Positions 10,081-19,610 of a DNA stretch of 64,000 nt are shown in pieces. Each line of letters begins with the position of its first letter. The first letter of the stretch is position 1. The translations under genes were made by a program, and so were the position numbers. Source of the DNA: Myxococcota bacterium (GTDB taxonomy: Bacteria > Myxococcota_A > UBA9160 > UBA6930); the NCBI GenBank assembly GCA_965223415.1, contig OZ245002.1, positions 1,024,001 through 1,088,000 on the forward strand, read 5' to 3'. The notes beneath the pieces were generated by a model. The model searched no databases and was not told where the DNA came from. It saw only the letters and a list, made by a program, of their open reading frames with translations.

Positions 10081-10877
10081 TGCTGCAAGTCGCTCGCGAT
10101 CTCCGCGACGAAGCCGACGAGCTCCACGCCTTTCTGCAGACCCTCGAAGCCGCGGACTGGGAGCGTACCACCCAGTTCATGGACTGGACGCCCTGGGACG
10201 TGGTGGCCCACCTGCACTTCTTCGACGAGGTGTCGTTGCTGGCGCTGACGGACGAGGCCGGCTTCGCGGCGCGGCGCAAGGAGCTGCTCGCGGCCATGGG
10301 CGCGGGCACGACGAACCAGTCCCTCGCCCGCACCGAGTACGGGGAGATCCCGCCCGCCGCGCTGACCCGGCGCTGGATCACCACCTGCCATGCCATGGCC
10401 GACCAGCTCGGCGCATCGGACCCGAAGCGGCGCCTGCCCTGGTTCGGCCCGGACATGGGCGTCCCGATGTTCACCACGGCGCGCCTGATGGAGACCTGGG
10501 CGCACGGCCAGGAGATCTACGACCTCGTGGGCGCCACCCGCGCTCCCACCGATCGCCTGAAGCACATCGCCACCATCGGCGTGAAGACCTTCGGCTGGAC
10601 CTTCGTGAACCGCGGCCAGGAGCCCCCCGGCCCGCCCCCCTACGTGCGGCTCACGGCGCCCTCCGGCGAGATCTGGGAGTGGAACGAGCCGAGCGAGACC
10701 GAGCGGGTGAGCGGCGACGCCCTCGACTTCTGCCAGGCGGTCACCCAGGTGCGCAACGTGGCGGACACGGGCCTCGAGGTCGAGGGCCCGGTGGCCACCC
10801 GATGGATGGCCATCGCCCAGTGCTTCGCCGGCGGTGCCGTCGACCCGCCGGAGCCCGGGGCGCGCAAGGGAGCGTAG
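10080..10877 (+). CDS. TIGR03084-like metal-binding protein (MDMPI/DinB-fold N-terminus)
   Basis: WTPWDVVAHL, TARLMETWAHGQ, QCFAG terminal motif. Confidence 0.8.
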   Translation: MLQVARDLRDEADELHAFLQTLEAADWERTTQFMDWTPWDVVAHLHFFDEVSLLALTDEAGFAARRKELLAAMGAGTTNQSLARTEYGEIPPAALTRRWITTCHAMADQLGASDPKRRLPWFGPDMGVPMFTTARLMETWAHGQEIYDLVGATRAPTDRLKHIATIGVKTFGWTFVNRGQEPPGPPPYVRLTAPSGEIWEWNEPSETERVSGDALDFCQAVTQVRNVADTGLEVEGPVATRWMAIAQCFAGGAVDPPEPGARKGA

Positions 10878-10878
10878 G

Positions 10879-12075
10879 ATGGACCTGGAGTACGGAGCGA
10901 AGTACGAGGCCTTCCGCGAGGCGGTGCGCCGCTTCCTCGAAGAGCACGCGGCGTCGCGGCCCAAGGCGAGCCTCTACGAAGCGCCGCGGGAGGAGACCGC
11001 GCGCTGGCTCTCGCTGCAGATCGAGCACGGCTACTGGGCGCGCACGATCCCGAAGGCCTACGGCGGCTACGGCGCCGACCCGGACCTCCTCGAGACGGTG
11101 ATCATGGACGAGGAGTTCAACCGGGCCGGCGTCTCCCGCGGCTTCATGGCCCAGGGGCCGTCGATGCTCGTGCCGACGCTGCTCCAGCACGGCACCGAGG
11201 AGCAGAAGCAGCGCTGGATCGCGCCGACCCTTCGCTCCGAGACGATCTGGTGCCAGGGCTACTCGGAGCCGGGCTCGGGCAGCGATCTCGCGAGCCTGCA
11301 GACCGCGGCGAAGGAAGACGGGGACCACTTCGTCATCAACGGCCAGAAGATCTGGACCAGCAGCGCCGACCAGGCGGACATGTGCTTCATCCTCGTGCGC
11401 ACGGAGCCGGGCGCGCCGAAGCATGCCGGGATCAGCTACGTGCTCATGCCGATGGACGCGCCGGGCATCGAGGTGCAGCCTCTGCGCACCATGTCCGGCG
11501 ACATCGGCGACAACTCCTTCAACCAGGTCTTCCTCACCGACGTGCGGGTGCCCCAGGCCAACGTGGTCGGCAAGCGCGGCGAGGGCTGGAAGATCGCCAA
11601 CACCACCCTCAAGCACGAGCGGGCGAGCCTCAACGCCAACGCCGAGGGCACCTGGATGCGGCTGCTTCGCCTGATGCAGAAGGAGACGACGAACGGCGTG
11701 CCGGCCATCGCGAGCCCGGTCTACCGGGATCGGCTGATGAAGCTCCAGGCCCGGGCCTTCTCGATGAAGCATCACGCCATGCGGCTGCTCACCTGCAGCC
11801 TGAAGGACGAGAGCCCCGGTGTGGCCGGCCTGGTGACGAAGCTCCAGAACTGCCAGCTGAGCTTCGACATGGCGGCCCTCGCCCTCGACGTGATGGGCGA
11901 GCTCGGAGCGCTCTATGACCACAGCAAGTACGAGCGCGAGCGCGGCTACTGGCAGGCGCACTCCTTCTTCTCCCTGGGGCTGATCATCGGCGGCGGCACG
12001 GCCCAGATCCAGAAGAACATCATCGCGGAGCGCGGGCTCGGGCTGCCCCGCGAGCCGAAGCCGGCGAAGGCGTAG
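10879..12075 (+). CDS. Acyl-CoA dehydrogenase
   Basis: WCQGYSEPGSGSDLASL, INGQKIWTS, IGGGTAQIQKNII. Confidence 0.93.
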   Translation: MDLEYGAKYEAFREAVRRFLEEHAASRPKASLYEAPREETARWLSLQIEHGYWARTIPKAYGGYGADPDLLETVIMDEEFNRAGVSRGFMAQGPSMLVPTLLQHGTEEQKQRWIAPTLRSETIWCQGYSEPGSGSDLASLQTAAKEDGDHFVINGQKIWTSSADQADMCFILVRTEPGAPKHAGISYVLMPMDAPGIEVQPLRTMSGDIGDNSFNQVFLTDVRVPQANVVGKRGEGWKIANTTLKHERASLNANAEGTWMRLLRLMQKETTNGVPAIASPVYRDRLMKLQARAFSMKHHAMRLLTCSLKDESPGVAGLVTKLQNCQLSFDMAALALDVMGELGALYDHSKYERERGYWQAHSFFSLGLIIGGGTAQIQKNIIAERGLGLPREPKPAKA

Positions 12076-12083
12076 GAAACCCC

Positions 12084-13160
12084 ATGGACTTCGGGCTCTC
12101 GGAAGACCAGCTCCTCCTCGAAGAGACCCTGCGCGGGTTCCTGGCGGACCGGGCGCCCATCACCCGCATCCGCGAGCTGCGCGACGAAGCCTGCCCCAAC
12201 GACCCCGGGATCTGGAAGGCCCTGGCGGAGCTGGGCATGACCGGTGTGCTGATCCCGGAGGAGCACGGCGGGAGCGGGCTCTCGCTGCTGGACGCGGCCC
12301 TCGTGGCCCAGTCCCTGGGGCACGCGGTGACGCCGACGCCCTTCCTGAGCTCCGCGGTGATGGTGCCGGTGGCGCTCGGGGCCGTGGGCGGCGGTGAGGC
12401 AGGCGCCTGGCTCGGGGGCATCGCCGGCGGCGAGCGGGTGTTCGGCGTCGCCGTGACCGAGACCTTCGCGGTCCGCGAGGGCGCCGGCCTGTCGCTCGAA
12501 GGAGGCAAGCTCTCGGGCAAGGCGATGATGGCCCTCGACGCCGTCGACGCCGATCACCTGCTGCTGGCGGTGGGGGGCGGTCGGCTCGCCGTGGTACGGG
12601 GCGACACGGCCGGGCTCGAGACCACGCGGCTCACCACCGTCGACGCCACTCGGTGCACCGCGGAGCTGGTGCTCGACGGTGTCGACGCGGAAGCGGTCTA
12701 CGAGAACGCGGGCAACGCCACGGCGCGCATGCTCGACGCGGGCCGCATCGCTCTCGCCGCCGACGCCCTGGGCGCCTGCGAATCGATGATCGCCCAGGCC
12801 GTCGCCTACGCCGGCCAGCGCAAGCAGTTCGACCGGCTGATCGGCTCCTTCCAGGCGGTGAAGCACATGTGCTCCGAGATGATCGCCGAGCTCGAGCCCG
12901 CTCGGGCGCTCCTCTGGTACGCCGCCCACGCCTTCGACGCCCTCCCCGACGAAGCCCCGCTGATGGCCTGCCACGCCCTCGCCCATGTCTCCGAGATCGG
13001 CCGCGAGATCGCCAGCACCTCCACCCAGGTGCACGGCGGCATCGGCTGGACCGACGAGCAGAACCTCCACTTCTGGTTCAAGCGCATCGCCAATGCCCGC
13101 CACCTGCTGGGCGGCCCGGAGCTCCTCCGCGAGCGCGCCGCCACCCTGCAACGGCTCTAG
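12084..13160 (+). CDS. Acyl-CoA dehydrogenase (short partner subunit)
   Basis: RKQFDRLIGSFQAVKH, QVHGGIGWT. Confidence 0.92.
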   Translation: MDFGLSEDQLLLEETLRGFLADRAPITRIRELRDEACPNDPGIWKALAELGMTGVLIPEEHGGSGLSLLDAALVAQSLGHAVTPTPFLSSAVMVPVALGAVGGGEAGAWLGGIAGGERVFGVAVTETFAVREGAGLSLEGGKLSGKAMMALDAVDADHLLLAVGGGRLAVVRGDTAGLETTRLTTVDATRCTAELVLDGVDAEAVYENAGNATARMLDAGRIALAADALGACESMIAQAVAYAGQRKQFDRLIGSFQAVKHMCSEMIAELEPARALLWYAAHAFDALPDEAPLMACHALAHVSEIGREIASTSTQVHGGIGWTDEQNLHFWFKRIANARHLLGGPELLRERAATLQRL

Positions 13161-13228
13161 AAACGGGGCCAGAGTTAAGAATTCAGTTCCCTCTGGGGAA
13201 CTGAATTCTTAACTCTGGCCCCGTTTCT
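13159..13228. repeat. Perfect 33-bp inverted repeat with 4-nt loop between convergent genes (REP-like palindrome / bidirectional terminator)
   Basis: agaaacggggccagagttaagaattcagttccc (13159-13191), tctg, then its exact reverse complement (13196-13228). Confidence 0.9.
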
Positions 13229-13948
13229 TCATTTCCGGGCGAGGATCTGGCCTCGGCCCATCGGGCCCGGGTCGTCCCAGCGCGCGTCGAGACCGGCCTC
13301 GCGGAAGGCGCCGAGCAGCTGCTCGGGGGTCGCCATCCACACTTCGTAGCGTTCCTCGAAGCGCTCCACGCGGTCCGGGTACCCCACCATCCAGTGGGCG
13401 TCGATCAGGGTCATGGCGCCCTCGCGCCGGGTCGTCGTCATGCGGGCGAGCTTGGGCACCTCGTCCACGGCGGCATGAAAGCCGACCGTGTCGGGCACGA
13501 AGACGTCCGGTGTGATCCAGGGCTCGACCAGGGCCAGCCCGCCCGGCGCCAGGGAGCGCGCGATGCAGCGCGCCGAAGCCTGCAGCCGCTCCTCCGGGAA
13601 CACGTGCCCGATGGCGCTGAACAGGCAGGTGATCGCCTGGGCCGGCGGTTCGAGCTGGAAGTCCACCAGATCGCCGATCTCGAGCGGGACGTCCGGCAGC
13701 TTCTCCCGCGCCACGTCGAGGAGCTCCGGCGAGAGGTCGAAGCCGGCGACGTCGTACCACCTCTTCAGGTGGACCAGGTGCGCACCGGTCCCGCAGGCGG
13801 CGTCGACCAGACGCGCGCCGTCCGCGACGCCCTCCCCGCGGAGGGTGTCGCGGATCCGTGCGGCCTCGCCCGCGTAGTCCTTCCAGTGGTAGACGCGGTC
13901 GTAGAGGCGCGCGCGCTCCCCGTAGAGCCGGGGACCGCTCGTGCTCAG
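13229..13948 (-). CDS. Class I SAM-dependent methyltransferase (start uncertain)
   Basis: LYDRVYHWKDYAGEA, LVDAACGTGAH motif I, GFDLS, ITCLFSAIGH. No ATG is evident; a CTG at 13948 overlaps the upstream stop. Confidence 0.85.
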   Translation of the reverse strand: MSTSGPRLYGERARLYDRVYHWKDYAGEAARIRDTLRGEGVADGARLVDAACGTGAHLVHLKRWYDVAGFDLSPELLDVAREKLPDVPLEIGDLVDFQLEPPAQAITCLFSAIGHVFPEERLQASARCIARSLAPGGLALVEPWITPDVFVPDTVGFHAAVDEVPKLARMTTTRREGAMTLIDAHWMVGYPDRVERFEERYEVWMATPEQLLGAFREAGLDARWDDPGPMGRGQILARK

Positions 13949-14382
13949 ACCCTCTGGCGTCGCCGCCCGGCGGCCGCCAGGCCGGCGAGACCGAGGCCGA
14001 GCATCGCCGCCGTGCCGGGCTCGGGCACGGTCGTGCCGACGAAGTCCATCACGACCCGGCGCGGGCCCCGGAGGGTGAACTCGTGCTCGTCGCCGGTGAG
14101 CGTGATCGTGCGGCGCTTCTTCTTGCCGCTGCGCTTCACGATCAGGAGATCGACGTCCATGCTGGTGCCGGAGCTGATCGAGGACGTCCCGGCGCTGTCG
14201 CTGAGGGAGACCGTGAACGTCGCCCGGCCCTTGCGCCGGGACTTGAACACGATCGTGTCCGCGTCGACCTGGACCACCCGCGCCCGTCGCGCCGCCGTGA
14301 CGTCGACGCTCAGCGCCTGGGCGGTTCCCGCCCACAACACGGCACCGGCCAACGCCACCATCCCCATTGCCTTGATCCGCAT
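13945..14382 (-). CDS. PEP-CTERM sorting-domain secreted protein
   Basis: Signal peptide ending AQA; C-terminus VPEPGTAAMLGLGLAGLAAAGRRRQRV (PEP + TM + Arg cluster); GGAGGG RBS. Confidence 0.9.
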   Translation of the reverse strand: MRIKAMGMVALAGAVLWAGTAQALSVDVTAARRARVVQVDADTIVFKSRRKGRATFTVSLSDSAGTSSISSGTSMDVDLLIVKRSGKKKRRTITLTGDEHEFTLRGPRRVVMDFVGTTVPEPGTAAMLGLGLAGLAAAGRRRQRV

Positions 14383-14543
14383 TGTTCCCTCCAACCGCTC
14401 GGAGCGGGGTGTGATTCCGGTACGGATGGGTGGTTCGGGGCCCCCCCTTGTGTCACGAGGGGGCCAAATGCGAGTGCCTCACCGTCGGATCGCGGGTCCC
14501 TCGGGGGCTGGGCGCTCCGGAGCCGACGGGCGATCCTGGCGGG

Positions 14544-16205
14544 ATGCGGTTGCGCTTCCTGGCCCTCGGCCTCGTGCTGGTCGCCGTCGCGGGCCTCCTG
14601 ACCCGCCTGGCCCCGGAGGCGAGCCTCGTGGAGGTCCCGCTGCGGGCCCCGGAGCTGCCGCCAGGCCTGCGGAGGGTCGCCTCGGTGCCCGCCGAGCCGG
14701 GGGCCCTGGCCGGGCGCAACCTCCTGCTGGTCACCCTGGACACGACCCGACCCGACCGCATCGGTGTCTACGGCAACACGGCAATTGAGACGCCGACCCT
14801 CGACCGGCTCGCACGAGAGGGCGTCGTGTTCTCGGGCGCGGTCGCGGTCGCCCCGACCACCCTGCCCTCCCACGCGTCGATCCTGACCGGCCTCTACCCA
14901 CTCCGGCACGGGGCCCGGGCCAACTCCCGCTTCCGTCTCGACCGGGAGCCGAGCACACTGGCCGAGCTGCTCGTGGAGCGTGGCTACGACACGGCCGCCT
15001 TCGTCTCGGCCCTCGTGCTCCACCGCCGGTTCGGCCTCGCCCGGGGCTTCCGACGCTACGACGACCGCATGGCCAGCCGGGACGTGCTGGCGGTGGCCGA
15101 GCGCCCCGCCGACGACACGACCCGGCGCGCCGTCCGCTGGCTCGAGCGGCAACGCGCCGGCCCCTTCTTCGCTTGGGTCCACTACTACGACCCGCACTCC
15201 TTCTGGCAGCCACCGGCGGACTTCGCCGCGCGCTACGCCCTCGCCTACGACGGGGAGATCGCCTTCGTCGACCAGCAGCTCGGCCGGCTGATCGCGGCGA
15301 CCGAGAGCGCAGGCGGCGATCGCGGCACGTTGATCGTGGTCGTGGGCGATCACGGCGAGGCGCTGGGAGAGCACGGCGAGTCGACCCACGGCATGCTGCT
15401 GCAGGAGGCGGTGCTGCGGATCCCCCTGATCCTGCACGGTCCCGGCCTGGGGCCCGGCGTCCACGTGCCGACCCGCGTGTCCCAGGTGGACCTGATGCCG
15501 ACGATCCTCTCCCTCCTCGGAGCGACGCCGCCTGCGGATCTCGACGGAGCCGACCTCACGAGCGCGCCGGACGAAGGGCGCGCCCTCTACGCCGAGAACC
15601 TCGAGGTGCGCCTGCAGTACGGCTGGGCGCGCCTCGCCGCGCTCTACGCCGGCGATCTCAAGCTCGTCGACGGCCCGCGCCCGGAGCTCTACGACCTGGC
15701 CGCCGATCCCCTCGACCGCGACGACGTGGCGGAGGACCGGCCCGGCGAGGTCGAGCGCCTGGGCCGGCGCCTTCGCGCGTTCCAGTCCCGGGCCGACGAC
15801 GTCCTCGTCCCGTCGGTGGACCTCGCTCCCGACGAGGTGCAGCGTCTCGCGAGCCTCGGCTACGTGGTCGGCGACGCGGAGCCGATCCGCGCGGGCGGCC
15901 CCGGCACGGACCCGAAGGCGATGGCGCCCCTGATGGAGCGGGTGCAGCTCCTCGTCTCCCTCGCGGAGCAGCCCCAGCCCGCCTGGGCCCGCTGGCTCGG
16001 ACGCCTCTCGGGAACGCCCATCCCCCAGGGCGACGCGGAGCTCACCGCCGAGCTCGAGGCGATCGCGGAGGCACATCCGGACTTCCCGCCGGTCTACTCC
16101 TACCTGACGGACCTGTACCGCGCGGCGGGCCGGGAGGCGGAGGCGAAGCGCTCGGAGGAGCGCATGAAGGCGGCGATCCGCGCCGCCTCGTCCGTTCGTC
16201 AGTAG
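14544..16205 (+). CDS. Sulfatase-like hydrolase/transferase (alkaline phosphatase superfamily)
   Basis: NLLLVTLDTTRPD, TTLPSHASILTG, WVHYYDPH, YDGEI, GDHGE, ELYDLAADP. Confidence 0.88.
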   Translation: MRLRFLALGLVLVAVAGLLTRLAPEASLVEVPLRAPELPPGLRRVASVPAEPGALAGRNLLLVTLDTTRPDRIGVYGNTAIETPTLDRLAREGVVFSGAVAVAPTTLPSHASILTGLYPLRHGARANSRFRLDREPSTLAELLVERGYDTAAFVSALVLHRRFGLARGFRRYDDRMASRDVLAVAERPADDTTRRAVRWLERQRAGPFFAWVHYYDPHSFWQPPADFAARYALAYDGEIAFVDQQLGRLIAATESAGGDRGTLIVVVGDHGEALGEHGESTHGMLLQEAVLRIPLILHGPGLGPGVHVPTRVSQVDLMPTILSLLGATPPADLDGADLTSAPDEGRALYAENLEVRLQYGWARLAALYAGDLKLVDGPRPELYDLAADPLDRDDVAEDRPGEVERLGRRLRAFQSRADDVLVPSVDLAPDEVQRLASLGYVVGDAEPIRAGGPGTDPKAMAPLMERVQLLVSLAEQPQPAWARWLGRLSGTPIPQGDAELTAELEAIAEAHPDFPPVYSYLTDLYRAAGREAEAKRSEERMKAAIRAASSVRQ

Positions 16206-17065
16206 AGCACCGACGGGAACCAGCTCGCTTCGGGCTCCTGGTACGGCCCGCGCGTCATCAGCGTCATCGGCTTCGCGATGCGCAGGCCTTCGCAGAGGGC
16301 CCAGCGGAAGAGCGGGGCCTGCCGGGTGGGAAGCAGGAACGCCAGCGGCCCGTCGCTGGCGGCGGCGCCGCCGAGCAGGAGCGCCTGCAGGTCCGCTTCG
16401 CTCGCGGCCACGCCGTGGGCGCCGGCCCAGAACGTGAGGCTGCTGGCGTAGGCTGTCACCTCACCTTCACGAAGCGCGACCCAGGGCCCGATGCGCCCGA
16501 GGGTGGCGCGCAGCTCCTCGCTTCGCGTGATGCCGTGCTGGGCCTCGCAGAGGCGGGCGCAGGCGCCGAGATCCTCCTCGCGCAGCTCCCGCACCACGAC
16601 GTCGCCGGGCGGCCCGCTCCGGGGCTTGCCCTCGAGGAGCACCAGGGGCTCACGCACCTCGAAGCCCAGGCCGGCGTAGAGCGCCATCGAAGTCGCGTTG
16701 AACGCGTCCTGGACGAGGCGCACCGAGTGGGCACCGCGGCGCTCGGCGCGCTCGATCACGGCGCGCATCAGCAGGCGGCCGATGCCGGATTCCTGCAGCT
16801 CGGGATCCACCGAGACCGGCCCGACGCCGGCCGCCGGGTCGTCCTCGCGCAGGAAGTTCGAGCCAAGGAGGCGCCCGTCCCGCTCGGCGACGACGCCCCA
16901 GGCCGTCTGGGAGACGAAGCCAATCACTCCCGTCGCGATCTCCCGGCTCGGGAAGTCCGGCCGGAAGCCGTGCTTCGCCGCGATGTCCGCGAAGGCGGCG
17001 TAGAGGATCCTCCCGAGCTCGGCCTGGTCCTCGGGTCGCGGCGCGCGCAGCTGGATCTCGCCCAT
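16199..17065 (-). CDS. GNAT-family N-acetyltransferase
   Basis: VGPVSVDPELQESGIGRLLM acetyl-CoA-binding motif, LYAGLGF. Confidence 0.85.
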   Translation of the reverse strand: MGEIQLRAPRPEDQAELGRILYAAFADIAAKHGFRPDFPSREIATGVIGFVSQTAWGVVAERDGRLLGSNFLREDDPAAGVGPVSVDPELQESGIGRLLMRAVIERAERRGAHSVRLVQDAFNATSMALYAGLGFEVREPLVLLEGKPRSGPPGDVVVRELREEDLGACARLCEAQHGITRSEELRATLGRIGPWVALREGEVTAYASSLTFWAGAHGVAASEADLQALLLGGAAASDGPLAFLLPTRQAPLFRWALCEGLRIAKPMTLMTRGPYQEPEASWFPSVLY

Positions 17066-17083
17066 GTGCCCTAGAGTAGGGCG

Positions 17084-18028
17084 ATGGACCTCGTTCCCAC
17101 CATCGATCTGCGCAACCCGGCCGCGACGGAGCTCGAAGCGGTGGATGCCGCCTGCCGGGACCACGGCTTCTTCCTCCTGGAGGGCCACGGCCAGGACGAG
17201 CTGGTCGAGCGCACCTGGAAGACCACCCGCGCCTTCTTCGACGCGCCTCCCGCCGTGAAGGACGGAGTACGCCGGACGGAGGACCAACCGCTCGGCTACT
17301 TCGACCGGGAGCTCACGAAGCGCCGCCGCGACTGCAAGGAGGTCTTCGACTACATGCAGCCGGAGAGCCCGATCGGCGAGGCGATGAACCGCTGGCCGGA
17401 AGGGGTCGCCGGCTTCCGCGAGACCCAGAGCGCCTTCTTCGCCGCCTTCAGCCACCTGGCCGGGGAAACCCTGCGCCTCGTCCACGCCGCGCTCGGGGCG
17501 TCACCGGGCGCGGCGGACGCCCATGGGGGAAGCGCCGGCACGAGCACCGTGCGCCTCAACCACTACCCGGTGGGGGATCCGGTGTCCGAGAGCGAGCGCG
17601 CGGACCTGCCCGTCCTGGCCGACGTAGCCCTCGGCCATCACACGGACCCGGGCGTCCTCACCCTGCTGCTCCAGGACGACACCGGCGGCCTCCAGGCCCA
17701 CTCCCGGGAGGACGGCTGGATCGACGTGCCGCCCCGTCCGGGCACGATCGTGGTGAACCTGGCCGACTCGCTCCAGGTGTGGAGCAACGATCGCTACCGG
17801 GCCGCCGTGCACCGGGTCTCGCCCATGACCGGGCGCTCCCGCTACAGCATCCCCTACTTCTACAACCCGCAGCTCGAAGCCGTGATCGAGCCGATCGCCG
17901 AGCTCTGCGAAGGCGCGCCGCGCTACCGCCCCTTCACCTGGCGGGAGTTCATCCGGGCCCGGGTCGACGACAACTACAGCGACCTCGGTCAGGACGACAC
18001 CCAGGCCAGCCACTTTCGCATCGCCTGA
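17084..18028 (+). CDS. 2-oxoglutarate/Fe(II) dioxygenase (isopenicillin N synthase family)
   Basis: HTD...H facial triad (HHTDPG; AVHRV), RYSIPYF. Confidence 0.92.
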   Translation: MDLVPTIDLRNPAATELEAVDAACRDHGFFLLEGHGQDELVERTWKTTRAFFDAPPAVKDGVRRTEDQPLGYFDRELTKRRRDCKEVFDYMQPESPIGEAMNRWPEGVAGFRETQSAFFAAFSHLAGETLRLVHAALGASPGAADAHGGSAGTSTVRLNHYPVGDPVSESERADLPVLADVALGHHTDPGVLTLLLQDDTGGLQAHSREDGWIDVPPRPGTIVVNLADSLQVWSNDRYRAAVHRVSPMTGRSRYSIPYFYNPQLEAVIEPIAELCEGAPRYRPFTWREFIRARVDDNYSDLGQDDTQASHFRIA

Positions 18029-18037
18029 GGACGGCCC

Positions 18038-18850
18038 GTGGAGCTGCACGACGTCCGCTACGAAGCCCACGGCCCCGTCGCCCAGGTCACCCTGAACCGG
18101 CCGCGCTACCGCAACGCCCAGAGCTGGCGGCTGCTCGACGAGCTCGACCTGGCCCTGGACCGCGCCATGGAGGAGCGGGACGTGCGCGTCGTCGTCGTGA
18201 GCGGCTCCGGCGGCCACTTCTCCGCCGGTCACGACCTCGGCACCGAGGAGCAGGTCGACGACGTGAAGGAGCGCGGCATCCCGTCGGTGGGCATCACCGA
18301 GTACGACGCCTTTCGCAAGTACAACCTCGACCTCACCCTCAAGTGGCGCAACCTGCCCAAGCCCACCATCGCGATGGTCGAGGGCTACTGCATCTACGGC
18401 GGCTGGATGATCGCAGCGGCCATGGACGTGATCTTCGCCGCACCGGACGCCCGTTTCCTCGCGGGCCAGGTGGAGTACTTCTCCGTCCCCTTCGACGTGG
18501 GCTTCCGCAAGGCGAAGGAGCTCCTCTTCGAGAGCCGCTTCATCGACGCGGAAGAGGCGAAGGAGCTCGGGCTCGTGAACCGGGTGATCCCCGCCGAGGA
18601 CCTGGAGCGCGAGACCCTCGCCTGGGCGCGGCGCGTGGCCGAGAGCGGCTACGGCACCCTTCGCATGGCGAAGCTCGCCGTGAACAAGATGCACGACCTG
18701 GTGGGCTTCAGCGCCGCCATGGAGGCCGCGTTCGCGGACTTCCTTGTCATGTCCCGCCTCGGCGGACACCCGCGGCCGCGGCCGGAGGGACGGCGGCTGC
18801 CGGGCGTCGACCTGGCGCTGCGGGAGAAGCGCGGGGAGCCGGAGGACTAG
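18038..18850 (+). CDS. Enoyl-CoA hydratase/isomerase
   Basis: TLNRPRYRNAQ, FSAGHDL, PKPTIAMVEGYCIYGG. Confidence 0.9.
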   Translation: MELHDVRYEAHGPVAQVTLNRPRYRNAQSWRLLDELDLALDRAMEERDVRVVVVSGSGGHFSAGHDLGTEEQVDDVKERGIPSVGITEYDAFRKYNLDLTLKWRNLPKPTIAMVEGYCIYGGWMIAAAMDVIFAAPDARFLAGQVEYFSVPFDVGFRKAKELLFESRFIDAEEAKELGLVNRVIPAEDLERETLAWARRVAESGYGTLRMAKLAVNKMHDLVGFSAAMEAAFADFLVMSRLGGHPRPRPEGRRLPGVDLALREKRGEPED

Positions 18851-19467
18851 ACCCGCGTGTCGATCTCGCCCGCGTGGTGCTCCGGCCCGTGGGCGCCGTC
18901 ACCGCAGAGCGGGCAGCCGGCCTTCGCTTCGTCGTCTTCCTCGGCCCGCTCGCTGCGCGCGGCCTGGGCCTCCATGGCCGCCCGGGCCGCCACCTGGCGG
19001 TCCTGGCCGGAGGGGTCGGCCGGTGCGAGGGCCGCCGCGCGCACCCGCTCCATCTTCCTTGCCGTCGCCTGGGGATCTCCCGGAACCGGGGAGGCGTCGA
19101 TCGAGACCTCGCCGCCCACCGCATAGCGTTTGCCGTCGGGCCCGGTCTCGTAGGTGAAGCTCGCGCCGCCGCGGGCCAGGGACCCGGCCGCCGCCTGGTG
19201 GGCGGCCTCGTGGGCCCTTACCTCGCGATCGCGCTTCTTCAGGTCCAGGAGCTTCTTCTGGTCCTCGCGAGAGAGCTCCTCGCCGGATTCGCTCCGGGCG
19301 AGGGCCTCGCCGCTGAGCGTGACGCGCACGCCACCGTGCTCCGAACCCGAGGCGGGATCGGCGGAAGCCTGGGCGCGGGCTCCCTGCCCGGAGTGCGCCG
19401 TGCCCTGCGGCTCGGTCGCGAACGGGTCGCGGGACGGGTGGAGGGTGGGTGAGGGGAAGACCTGCAA
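18847..19467 (-). CDS. SprA-related family protein (putative HExxH metalloprotein)
   Basis: DREVRAHEAAH, YETGPDGKRYAVGGEVSID, AALAPADPSGQDRQVAA. Confidence 0.85.
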   Translation of the reverse strand: MQVFPSPTLHPSRDPFATEPQGTAHSGQGARAQASADPASGSEHGGVRVTLSGEALARSESGEELSREDQKKLLDLKKRDREVRAHEAAHQAAAGSLARGGASFTYETGPDGKRYAVGGEVSIDASPVPGDPQATARKMERVRAAALAPADPSGQDRQVAARAAMEAQAARSERAEEDDEAKAGCPLCGDGAHGPEHHAGEIDTRV

Positions 19468-19610
19468 GCACCCGGCTCATCGGCCATCCGGCCCCGGCTC
19501 TGCATGGGGGTACCCCCCCGGAAGACCTCCGGTGGACACCTGCCCCGAGCCAGGTGCTCCCTGGGACCGATCTCCGGTCGATCGGTCAAGCTGGCCGCCG
19601 CACCTGCCGA

